NCBI GenBank assembly: GCA_964234715.1
Contig: OZ174279.1
Length of the DNA: 64,000 nt
Direction: 5' to 3' (one strand)
From: Podarcis melisellensis
Taxonomy: Eukaryota
Made by a program: the position numbers and the translations under genes. The notes beneath the pieces are model-generated. The model worked only from the letters and a program-made list of their open reading frames with translations. It did not search any database and had not been told where the DNA came from. Of this stretch, positions 48,717 to 60,400 are shown one piece after another (the first letter of the stretch is position 1; every line of letters starts with the position of its first letter).

Positions 48717-48976
48717 CCATATTTTTTGCTCTATAAGACTCACTTTTTCCCTCCTAAAAAGTAAGGGGGAATGTGTGTGCGTCTTATGGAGCAAATGCAG
48801 ACTGCACAGCTATCACAGAAGCCAGAACAATAAGAGGGATTGCTGCTTTCACTGCGTAGCGATCCCTCTTGCTGTTCTGGCTTCTGAGATTCAGAATATT
48901 TTTTTTCTTGTTTTCCTCCTCTAAAAACTAGGTGCGTATTGTGGTCTGGTGCGTCTTATAGAGTGAAAAATACGGG
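48717..48976. mobile_element. Tc2/pogo-type MITE
   Basis: TA|CCATATTTTTTGCTCTATAAGAC ... GTCTTATAGAGTGAAAAATACGG imperfect TIRs flanked by TA. Confidence 0.8.
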
Positions 48977-50843
48977 TATGTTTCGTTGTTTCGATGGTTT
49001 TCTCCCTTCACTGTGCCTAGATCACTTTGGTCTCAAGCTTTGTACACCTGTCACAGGAGAACTGTGGAGGAAGCCAATTCCACTGCTCCCTGGGAAGGAC
49101 AGGTGTAGGCTGGATGCATCCTCTCCTCCCATAACTCAAAGTTATTACCCATAACCTTGAAAATCATCCTTACCTGAGGTTCAGAGGAACAGGTGGGCTG
49201 GGAGTTGTATATTGTATTTCACTTTTGCATCTGTTGGGTGCTCTGCCACAAGTTTTACCTTGGTGTCATAGACCGACTATTTCCTAGTAAGGTTTGGACT
49301 GATGGCAACAGTCCCCCCTTGCTGTGTGGAGGACTAGTTGCTCCCAGAAACTTGGGGAAGCCAAGGGATTGCTGAATGCTATGGGAGGATTCTCCATGAC
49401 TGGCCCTGGTCTTGCTGTGTAATGGTAAGAGAAACATTAACATAGTTGCTCATGAGGCTGCACTCTCCAGCAGTGTGGAGGAACTCTGACGGATGAAACA
49501 AGCAGGATGGTGGCTAAGGTGGTACAAATATTGTATCAAATGCAAACAAGCATAGTCAAGATTGCATAATCATGCCTACCACATAGCAGTGAAGGAGGCC
49601 TTGAGAAGTTGTCCAGCAGAACTTTTATTAGAGATGATGGGGTTGGTGGGAACTTCCCTGAAGGGCAATAGACTGGACTCCTGTTGAGACAGGTTTGCTA
49701 GGCACTTTTGTGGCAAAGTTGCTCACAACTGGGCTGAGCTTATGACAGGTCTAGTGGGGTGTCCAGAACACTGGTCTTCAACCTAATCCAAGGTGGGTTG
49801 CAGCAGGAGCACTCTACCACCATGCAAATATATGGTACAAGATTACAAAATGGGTCTCCAAATGCATGTTGGGCTTAAAAGTGGGTCCTGGGCCTGAAAA
49901 GGTCTAGACTACTGGTCTAGATTGCTCTTATCTGGTTTGGGATGAGTTTCTCTTGAAGAGACTCAAGGTTGTAGATAAGATACTTTAAAGCATTTGGCCT
50001 ACCACCTGAAATCTCAACCTTTGCACTTGGCTTGTAAGAGCTAGTCAAGGGGGAATGACTGTGGGTGGCTAATTCCACCTTTCAGGAAGGGAATGTGCCA
50101 ACTGCTTTGGAAGAGGCAGTGCTGTACTCCTTCCTCAAGAAGACCTCCCTGAACCCGGGAAAGTATAACAATGATGAGTTTTCTTTGAGCTTGATCTGGG
50201 AGTGAAAATGGTACCTTTCGCAGAACAAAAATTAGTGAGTGTGTTTCCACAGTGAGCCTACTGCTCAAATTATGCATGTCTTTATGCATGCTGAACACAC
50301 CTTAATTGTATCTAGGATACCCATGTGCTTAAAGATAAATGGACAGCCCTTAGCAATTTAGAGTAAACAGAATAAAAAGTGGAGAAAGCTATATATTGTT
50401 GTATAGGTATTCATGTTTTGAGCACCTTAAAAATGTCACTAGCCTTATCAGGCAGTCATATTCAACAAAATAAGAACTCTGTAGTTTAATCTAGAATTTG
50501 CTTTTTTGTTGACTGATGTGATAACACCAAGTTGGCTGTGTCTTTCTCAACCCTACACATGTGCATATGGTTAGCCTCTCTCTCTAGCTGTCATTAAGGA
50601 AGACTTCCAAGTTGGTGCTGTATCTGCATTGAATGCAAATAGATGTTTTCTCCTCGCTGCCAAATTTGCACCTGCTTCTAGTAAGGAAAATGTACCAAAA
50701 GATTGCCAAATCTAGTACCGTAGGCTCCAGATTTACCACCAGTCAGAATCTAAGACTGCCTAATGACTGTGTCTGCCTTTTTGCATAATGAATAGGTATG
50801 TGGGATGTAATATACACCTAAACAGACAAATAAATTGTGGGCT

Positions 50844-50887
50844 ACCCTAAATAGTAAGCAGAATGACCCTAAATAGTAAGCAGAATG
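50844..50887. repeat. Perfect 22-bp tandem duplication
   Basis: accctaaatagtaagcagaatg x2. Confidence 0.9.
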
Positions 50888-51104
50888 CTACCCATGGATT
50901 GGTTGTGGAGACCAACATTTGTGGCAAACAAGCAGGATCTTTGGAGATGGGATCAATCAGCAGCATTTGAAGAGTTATTGTTGCTGTTTAGAGGCAGAAT
51001 TGCTCAGATTTGGACAAAATTGGATACCACAATTTGAGCAAGTCCAATGAGTACTGTCTAGAGTACTGTCTGTTCCATCTATACTGGATTAGTTTACATT
51101 AGTG

Positions 51105-51850
51105 CAGCCTGAGAATGTGGACAAGTTGCTTCAAGAAGTGCAGCCAATCACCTGCCTCCTTGTGCCTTGCCCATCTTGGTTTCTTAGAGCTAGTCGTAGT
51201 GAGTAGACTGGGTGGGTTCCAGGACTGATTAATACTTCACTGGAGAAGGGGTAGATGGAGGCAGTGGTTTGTCCCATCCTTAAGGAGACCTCCCTGGACC
51301 CAGAAATGTTAACAGTTATTGCTGTGGAGAATAGAGTTGACAGTCAACTTTCAGGCCTGCTTGGAGGAAACTGATTACAGTAGTTGGAGACATTCAAGTC
51401 TGGCTTTAGGTCTGCTTGTGGCACTTAAGCTGCCTTAATCAACCTGGTTTATTACATTTGTCAGGAGAGAGATATGAGGGGAGTATGACCCTGGCTCATT
51501 CTCCTCAATCTCTCAGTGGCTTTTGATACTGTTAACCACGGTTTCCTTCTGGAGCATCTCAGGGAGGAGGTGGGGCTTGAAGGCACTGTGCTTCACTGGT
51601 TGCACTCTAGAGCGGTTTCCAGAAAGTATATATGGGGGGCTACAGTCTGGCATGATGGGAGGTGTCCTGTAGTGTCTGTCCCACTGGATTTCATCTTGCC
51701 CCAATGCTATTTAACATTTATATGAGGCTTCTGGGAGCTGTCATTAGGAGATTTTTGGTGAAGTGTCATCAATAAGCAGATGACACCCAGATTCTAGTCC
51801 ATTTGAATCTGGAGAGGAGGTTGAGATGTTAGACTGGTGCTTGGAAACTC
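51105..51850 (+). mobile_element. Decayed L2 LINE ORF2 (reverse transcriptase) fragment
   Basis: LLNLSVAFDTVNHGFLLEHL resembles the L2 RT motif LDLSAAFDTVDH; FKSGFR and EAVVCPILK motifs are also present, with many stops and frameshifts. Confidence 0.8.
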
Positions 51851-52027
51851 TTATTGGGAGGACACCAGAATGCCCAGGTGGGTGTGTCACCTGTCTGTAA
51901 TAGACATCAATAGGAGTAGACGAGAGATAATCAGTGGTGGTCTGGTATTGGGCTTGGACAATTATCTGCATGTGAATATCCAAATGGTAGTGTCATATAT
52001 AGGTAGGGTAAGGTAAGGTAAGGTAAA

Positions 52028-52385
52028 GGGACTTGGGTGGTGCTGTGGGTTAAACCACAGAGCCCTAGGGCTTGCTGATCAGAAGGTCGGCAGTTCAAAT
52101 CCCCGTGATGGGGTGAGCTCCCGTTGTTCGGTCCCTGCTCCTGCTCACCTAGCAGTTCGAAAGCACATCAAAGTGCAAGTAGATAAATAGGTACCGCTCC
52201 GGCGGGAAGGTAAACGGCGTTTCCATGCGCTGCTCTGGTTCACCAGAAATGGCTTAGTCATGCTGGTCACATGACCCGGAAGCTGTATGCAGGCTCCTTT
52301 GGCCAATAAAGCGAGATGAGCGCCGCAACCCCAGAGTCAGTCACGACTGGACCTAATGGTCAGGGGTCCCTTTACTTTTACCTTT
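52028..52385 (+). mobile_element. Full-length Sauria SINE
   Basis: tRNA-like head (B-box-like gttcaaatcc), agtagataaataggtacc core and a tttactttaccttt tail. Confidence 0.9.
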
Positions 52386-52929
52386 GAGGTAAGGTAAGGG
52401 CATATGTGGACCCCATTCTCTCATCATCAGTTTGACCACCTTCAAGTTAAATTCCAAACCCCAGCAGCTGTGGATAGTCTAGTTTCCTGTAGATTAAACA
52501 CGCCCACACCCACCCTACTAGACCTGAGAAGCTGATGCGATTCCAGGTATCTTAAGGTTACATCCCTTTGTTTTTCAGCCCCATTTATACTGAAAGCCCA
52601 GGGTGTTCTCAGATTCCCTTCTGTTCCTCAAAGGGCATGGCACCATAGCTTGCCAATTCACTTTAGAAGAGTCTTCCTTTGAAACTTACACCACCCTGGC
52701 AATCGAACTAAAAAGCATGCATTTATTCTAGGGGAGTTGGGTGGACTCAATGATGGGGTGAGATGATGGGAAAAGCCAATATGGTTTGTTTTGTGTTCTT
52801 GTATAGATCGGATTGTGACCTCAAAGAGCTTTACATCAAAACACAACCTATCGACAGAAATCATACACAAAAAAACCTGTTTATCACAAAGGACCCCTCA
52901 ATCCCATTGTGTGTGTGTCTTGAGTACGG

Positions 52930-54520
52930 AGGGCGACTCTTCTTCTCTGGGCCTGTGTGTCTCTGTCCTGCTACTTTCGGACGCTCTTCGCCAGTTTTTC
53001 TGTGTGTGGATCTTTACAGGACGCGTGACTGCGTGTCTACACGACAGACTCTCAGAGCGTGTGCTTCGCTGGGTGGGTGTGTATACACACGTACGTGTGT
53101 GTACACGCGCGTGTATAGCTCTCTCTTCCGCGGAGGTGTCTTGCCAATTGGCTGGTGATTCCGCGAGTGCGTTATGTGGGAGCCTCCTCTCTGCTCCCTG
53201 GGCAGACAGTGCGCGCCTTTCTTGTCCCGTTTCGCCCCCTCCCGGCCCTCTGTCGGAGAAGAGGGTGGGTGGGTGGGTGGAGGTGGCGGGGAGAGATGTG
53301 TGCGCCCGAGGCGGGTGAGGAGACTGAAGGGGGGACGGGGGCGGAGCCAAGGCTGCTCCTGCTGTCTGGGCTTGATGGATGAGACGGGGGCTCCCGATGT
53401 GTGTCTTTGAGAGCGAGGCAGCGAGACGCGAAGGCAGCGCGTGTTCCTGCGCTTAACCCTCCCGGGCGGCCGGAGCTTCTTCCTCCTGCGACCCGGACAG
53501 GCGACGAAGGCGCGAAGTGGAAGCAGCAGGAGCCGGGGTCGCCCGCCTGCGCCAGAAGGCAGCCTCTCCACGCCGCCTGGGCGAGCGCGCCGTGCGATCA
53601 TGTGCGGGGCAGCCCCTCGCTAGCCAGCGCAGGCAGCATGGCTCCCGCGAAGCGAGCGGCGTCGGGCGGCGTGTGGCTGCGGGCGGGAGCCTGCCTCTTG
53701 GCCTGGGCGGCCTTTTGCCGGGTCCGGGCGAGCGCCTGTCCCGCGCCGTGCGCCTGCAGCGGCACCACCGTCGACTGTCACGGGCTGGGGCTCCGCAGCG
53801 TCCCCAAGAACATCCCGAGGAGCGCAGAAAGGCTGTAAGTGCTGGGGGGCGGGGCGGATCGCGGGCCTCGGAGGGGGAGACGTTTGCGACCCTGGGGGTC
53901 CTGGGGGTGGCCCCTCTCTCGGGCAGGGGCTCCGCCGGTGCCGGGCGCCACACCCCCTCTCCCGCCCTCACAATGGAGCCCCGCCGCTTAGGATGTGCCG
54001 CTGCGAGACGCGCTCAGACGGTCCGAGGTGGGGGGCAGACAATGATCCCTCTGGGGGAAGTCGGGACGTGGGGAGGGAGTTGGGTCGGGCTGAGGCAGCC
54101 GCCGCAGATCCCTTCGGAGTCTCCGGGAACAATCACTCGATTGCCTTTGTTAGGGAACTGCGGCGCGCGCCCGTGCGGGTGTGCCCCCCTCCCAAACCAT
54201 TGGGTGGGTGTGTAACGTCTCCTCAACCCAAACCGCCTCTCACACGTGCACCAGAGTCCGGTGGCCTGCAGGTCTGGGTCAGGTTTAGAGCAGCGCGGGT
54301 CGGGGGGGGGGGGCCGCGGGATTCCTGCTGGGCGCGATCCGGCCGTTGCGCTGCGCCTCCTTGCAGCGCGTGAGATGCCCGGGACCAGGCTAACTTTAGC
54401 TGCACGAGCTGGCTGCTCGGCGAGGTTCCAGAAACGGGGAGCACGCACCGTGGACGTGTATGCGTGTGCTGGCGCGTTCACGCGGGTGTGAATCTCCTGT
54501 GGGCCGGCTGGCGGGGGCTG
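52930..54520 (+). promoter_or_regulatory. SLIT1 CpG island / promoter and 5' UTR
   Basis: Dense CpG and high GC around exon 1; CCAATTGG near 53144, GC boxes and a (GGGT)4 tract. Confidence 0.8.
53638..53834 (+). CDS. SLIT1: Slit homolog 1, coding exon 1 (signal peptide plus LRR N-terminal cap); the rest of the gene lies beyond the window
   Basis: Strong Kozak cagc[37 protein letters not shown] reads as a signal peptide, followed by [33 protein letters not shown] (LRRNT). The 197-nt exon ends at a phase-2 donor ct|GTAAGT. Position downstream of ARHGAP19 matches human synteny. Confidence 0.93.
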
Positions 54521-57282
54521 CTTATTTTCTCCAATTATCTGCATGCAGTGTGTGTGTGTTCGTGTTCTGTCCGCTCTAGTAAGACTGTCTGGGGAAACTG
54601 CCTCCTCTTCTGTGGAGCTAGATGGATGCCTTTTGGGGGCCCGTCCTTGGAAATGGGAGCTTACGAGTGAGAGGAGAGGGTCAAGTCCTCTTTAGGAGAG
54701 TAACCCCCTTTCCCACCCCTTGTATAACTACTGGCCACACCACATAAGTGTATCTGACACGATAAGGGTGCACCCACGCTATACATTGATTTTCCCCAAA
54801 CAATCATGGGAACTGCAAATTGCATACCCCGAGCTACAATTCCCAGCACCCTTAGCAAACTACAGCTCCCAGGATTCTTTGAGGGAAGAAATGGGCTTGA
54901 ACTGAGGATGTGACCTTTGAGACAGCTCCGTGGAGCCAGAGGAGGTGGGTGTGGAGGATGGAATCTGGACCGTGGAGTCTTGAGTGCCCCTTGCCGCCTC
55001 TTCCAACAGAAGGGGGCTTGCTGTCTCTAGCCAAGCCTGCAGCCCTGGTGGCTGTCCTTTCCCATCTCTCCCTCTGCCCCCTCTTTCGACAGTTTAATGA
55101 GGGGTGAAGAAAGAGGATCCATGGGGGGGGGGAGAGAAATCCTCTCCCCATGATCAACCCTTCCCACTCAGGCAATATCCATGGCAAAAGCAGAATACCA
55201 GGCAGATAAAGGGGAGATCAATTGGGGAGGGGTTTGAACATGGGGTGGAAGAGACAGACAAGGGAATGGCAGCCCAGGCACTGTTTCATCTCTGCATGTG
55301 AGGTTCTGAATTATCCAGAATAAAGGCAGGAGGGGAGGGGAGGGAATGGGAGCTCAACTGGAACAGGGGCTGATCATTAACGCACACACAGACCCCTCCT
55401 CATTACACACTTACTTAATGCTGGCTGGAATGCTCCTCATTCCTCAGCAGCAGCAGCAGCAGCCTGACGGTGTCCATTGCTTTGGTGGGGGGTGCAAAGG
55501 GAAGTAAAAAGCTGGAGGGGATGCTAAATAATTCACCAGAATGCAGCACTGGAACGTGCTGTTTAGGCTGGGGGGAAACAAGGGGGCTGAGTGGTTGGAT
55601 TTATTGCAGTCAAGCAGGATATTCCCTCCTTGCACCTCTTAAGGCCTTGCGATTCTTTCCGTTTCTTTTCTGCAGAAAGCAGCTTGAAACGGAACGGACA
55701 AAGTCTGTAGGAAAGAGTCAGGACCCCTGAGCCTGCCTTGCAGCTCCTGTGCAATTGCTGTCTGGGCTCCCCCAGAGCCTCTGCTCAAGCCCCTTAGTCT
55801 CTGTTCCTAGCTTCCCTCCAGCCTCCCCCAACCTGGCGCTCTCCAGATGGCTTGGACTACAACTCACGTCAGCCCCGGACAAGTACAGCTTGTTGCGGTC
55901 CCAAACATCTGGAGTGGGAGGAAGGCTGACCTACTGCTCTTCCCACCACCACCACCCAATTTGCTGTCTCTTGATCTCCTCTGAGGAATGTCTCCCTCTG
56001 ACGCCAGACAGGCTGGGACGGGGCTTCATGTGTAGGATACTCTTTCAGATTTATGCTTGACTGCAGGGTAACCTAGAAAAGAATGGGGATGGCATGTGGT
56101 GTAAAATGTGAATGTGGAAGATTCCTATGAGCATCAGGTGCAGCAGAAACTTGGTGGGCAGGCAGGGGGTGCTCTCCTAGCTACCCAGAGAGATGCTGAA
56201 CCTGAAGTTAAGCAACTTTGCATAAAAGGCAGTACCATTAATATTCTCGCAGCGGGTAATTATAGCAGTTTTATTTAGATGCAGCCCTTTTCCTGGTCTC
56301 TTGTGAGGGTAACATCTTGTCTCTGGTCAGCATGGTACAAGAAAACTCCACATCAAGGCACTAAAGCTTTCCTGCTTCTGGCTACCATCTTCTTTGCTCT
56401 CGTCTGAGCTCATTATTGGACCAGGCATGGAGATATGATCCATCTACCCAGCTCCAAGTGCAGCAGTGCAGTGGGAGCACAACAGTCCCCCCTTCCCTTG
56501 AAGTACTGCAGATTCTAAGAGTTTCAGAAGCCATATCCCAGGTGCTAAGGCAGGCCTGGTCCGTTGTGTGTCGTGAGGATCTCTTACAAGGCAATCCACC
56601 CATTCCTATTATCATTTCTTCTACAAACCAATTAGTCCCCTCAGAGTGAGCCTAATTAGGTCAGGGCCCTGTAGATGCTCCTATGCACGACAAAGCAAGC
56701 TTGGTGAACTCAGTTAGTAGCACCGCGGGACACCTTCTTTAAAAGGGCACCTTCTTTAATGGCATTTCCTTCTCTGGCACCTTAATTACCTTCATTGAAG
56801 TTGTTATCATGGCACAGCCATGGGGAGCTGCTTTGTGAGTACAGAATGAGTGTGCTGCCCACAAGCATGAAACTTGGCTCAGATCTGAAATGCCAGAACA
56901 CCAGGAAGGGCTACCATTCCTGTTTTGACAAGAGGGACCTCAATTGCCACTCGCAGTTGGAGCACTACTTCTCATGTTCATCCTACTTCAGAGGTGGGGA
57001 ATCTTTTTGACCAAGGGGGCCAGATTCTGTATCTGTCTCACTCTTCCATGGACTAACTTTGACAGGTGGGCAGGACAGCCCATTGAGAGGGTAAGACCTG
57101 CCCACTCTGTATGGGCATAAAGAGGAATACATCTTCCCTGTATCCCACACATAGACTGGCCCCAGAAGTTTTACCGACATCTCTCCTTGAGAAAGAAATG
57201 GGGTGGGGAATGGTGTTAGGATTACAAAAGCACTGAAAACTTCCTTCCACCATCTGATGAGAAATCTGACCATTAGATATCT

Positions 57283-57405
57283 CTAACTCGGCTGGTTAGA
57301 GTGTGGTGCTGATAACGCCAAGGTTGAAGGCTCGGTCCCCATATGTAGCAGCTGCATCCTCCTGGACTGCAGGTGGTTGAACTAGATGATACTCAGAGTC
57401 TATGG
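57283..57405 (+). mobile_element. tRNA(Ile)-like-headed, CR1-tailed SINE
   Basis: ggttagagtgtggtgctgataacgccaaggtt head followed by a ggttgaactagatgat CR1-type 3' motif. Confidence 0.6.
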
Positions 57406-60400
57406 TTCTAATCCAGAGGCGTTACCTTGCCCTGTTGATCCTAGCCAATGAAAGATTTGGGTGTGTACACACTGTACAATAATGTGCATTCAATGCTGGA
57501 TGCCAGTGCCTTTTCGTAATGCTGCACATTACAATGCCATCCCTGTCCCACACTATATGGCAACCTAAAGCACATTCTACCAGAATGGCTATAAACAGTT
57601 TTGTACCAAGAATGCCCTTCTCAAGTGCTTGCAGCATGCATGTGTGCACAAGAGAGTGCTTTCTCAGGTCACCTGTTGGGGCAGGCCTACTTGCTGTTGC
57701 AGGGCTGCCTCCCCCTCATCAAGCTCACCTTGTCTATGAATGAAAGAAGCAATTAGGAAACAGGACAGCAACCTAGCTGTCTCTTTATACTCTTATATAT
57801 CTTCTGAATATCATCATACCAGCGTTCAGCCCCTCTCTTTCAAAAGGCGGTTAAAAATATTTATTCTTTGAAAAAAGGTCCGTGGAAACACTTAATTGAC
57901 AGGAGGGGTGTAGAGAACACTATTGAGCACTAGTCTGAAAACGTGCCCACCTGCACTCAAAATTTGCCAGGCACCAAGCTCATTTTGCACCTGGGTATCA
58001 GCCACTTGTGACAAAGTGAAGGTGCCTGGGCGCTAGGATGTCTCTAGACGTCTCCACCATCTGGAGGTGCATGCCTGGGAATCCTTGGGTCATGACTATT
58101 TTCGAACACTAGCAACATTTCCTGTAGAATTCTATCTGTTATACTTTATCCACACAATCAGAATGAATTTCAGGAACCAAAAAGTTGTATTGAAAAATAC
58201 AACTTTTGAGTTGTCTAGCCCTAAAGAACAACTAGGCATTCTGTTTTGGTGACTGTAACCTTGGTTTAAGGAGCCATTTGCCACCTAACTTATACATGTG
58301 AGTTTCTAACACTGTACAAATAGCACAGATGATAACTGCCACTTTAGATAACACTTGTTGTGTAAAGGTTTGTACAATTGCGAACCGTAATGTACAAAAG
58401 CCCACTGTGTGGGGTGGGTGGTGGGATCCCTGTGCACTTCAAAGGCTACGTGTGTGTACACAACCATAGAAGAGAGGATTATAGTTGGTTGGTTCTGATT
58501 TGCTGTAAATGTTCAAACTTCCAAGGATCCTTTGTCAAGACAGAGGATTGAAACACAACACAGTTAACTGAACGATGTGGAATGATGTATGTGCAGAGAA
58601 ATCATTTTGTCACACAATTTTGGACAAATGATATCTGGTAACTCAATATCTGAAGAGAAAATTACACATTTCAGGGCAAGGTGTACATTTATGCATTTAT
58701 TTAGTTAATTAGGTGTTCATAATCCATGAAAGGTTTGGATGAAAAATGATGGCTTCTTTATTCACTTTATTATATATTTATACAATCCATCCTAAGATTC
58801 TTAATATATGCTAAATCTAATATTTAACTGTTAAATGCATTGTAATTTATTGTAATATGTTTATGAAATAAAGGATTTTTTTCTTCTCAAACAGAAACAA
58901 AAAGCACCACCACGTGGGCAGATGTAAAGTATAAATTTGGTAATAATGGATACAGCTGGAAGCAATTCCTGTGATCACAGTGGCACTTTCCCCAGTTGCT
59001 GTAATTGCTGCTGGTTGAATCTGCAAAGGCCTGCTAACATGCTATAATGCCCATGCAGATTCATACTTTGAAAAAGAATGCAGGTGTTTATTCTGAGAAG
59101 GAAATGTGTTGTAGAAATCAGCCCTTAGTCTGATGCGATGAAAAGATGGCTCAAGGCTCAAGGTATGCCAGGCCATGCTTAATGAAGTTTAACCATGGTT
59201 TGTCTTGACGTCTGAATTTACAAACTCGGTAGCAGTTTGTGTGGTGGGAAAGAACCATCCTCTTGATGATGGCATTGCTACTGCTTTATTTGGTTTGGTG
59301 TGGGTTGGCAGTGAGGTTGAGGACATGTGGTTGCATCAGTGGGACTACTGCCACCCATCTCAGACTGCTTCAGCTGCAGCCACACATTCCCAATCTCACT
59401 GCGTCTCTGTCCTGGCAAAAAGCAACAGCACTAGTGTTAGATGGTGGCTTCAAAGCTCCACCTCAGCATGTACTTGGCTACTGGACAAACCATGGCTTGT
59501 GATCTGCCAGCAACCAGAATCAGAAACAATGATTTGAAGTGGGCTGTTAAACCATGGCCTGGCATATTTATATTTACAAACCATAGTTACGACCATCAGT
59601 CTGTCTATAGAGAGTTTGCTGCATTATGGAGACAGGAGTGAACTTAGGAATTTATGAAGCTGTGTGTATGTGTCGGGGTGTGTGGGGGGGATAACAAAAG
59701 GAGACAAGCATTTCTACATCATGGTTTGCTTGTTGTACATTTGTACATGTACTGCAGTTTGAGTTCTAAACTATGGAAAGAAACAATCAATGGTTTGGAG
59801 TGATATCTGAACGGAACCAATAACTCTTAAGTTGGTTTCCCTTGGTCCAAGTTTTGCATTTTTGCAGCGGAGGAACAATCTTCCCTAAATGGTGACAAAC
59901 TGAAAGTTTGACTAAAAATGGCTCTTCACCATTTAGAAAGCTGCTGAGCCTTGAGCAAACACTTCTTAATTTTGGCCATCTATGAGATAATATTCACTTC
60001 CTCTCCACCCCACCCTGCTTTTGCCTGATTTGAAATCCTATATTTCTCTAGTTCTTTGGGCAGTTGCCACTGTTGTCCTGCCTTGGATGTTGCTGGGCAG
60101 CTAAAATGTTGCATTGTGCACGTTTTATTTTTATTTTTGAGAGAAATGGCTTCTGATCACTGAAGCTAGATCTCTAGGTGCCGCTTACATATATAATGTT
60201 TTGTTTCTCTTTGACTGTTTCCCAGTGATGAAAATATATGGGATCCACTCTTTAAAACTGTGTGCCATCATGTTGTCTGTCTTTAGAAATAAATAAATCT
60301 CAAGCTTGTAAAGGTGTGTGGAGGGCAATATTTTGGCAGGAAAGCAATGCATGTGAGAAGCAACAACAATCTCAGGATGTTGTCATGCCGTTTGGAACAA

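Noticed and set aside
52763-54544. Many overlapping 130-230 aa ORFs around SLIT1 exon 1
   Set aside because: These are stop-poor frames of a CpG island; only 53638-53834 has recognisable protein sequence.
56717-56735. REST/RE1 site in SLIT1 intron 1 (tagcaccgcgggacacc)
   Set aside because: Half-site spacing and both flanks deviate from TTCAGCACCnnGGACAG; too weak to call.
57283-57345. tRNA-Ile-like gene
   Set aside because: The T-arm and acceptor stem are degenerate and run into a CR1-type tail, so it is a SINE head rather than a tRNA.
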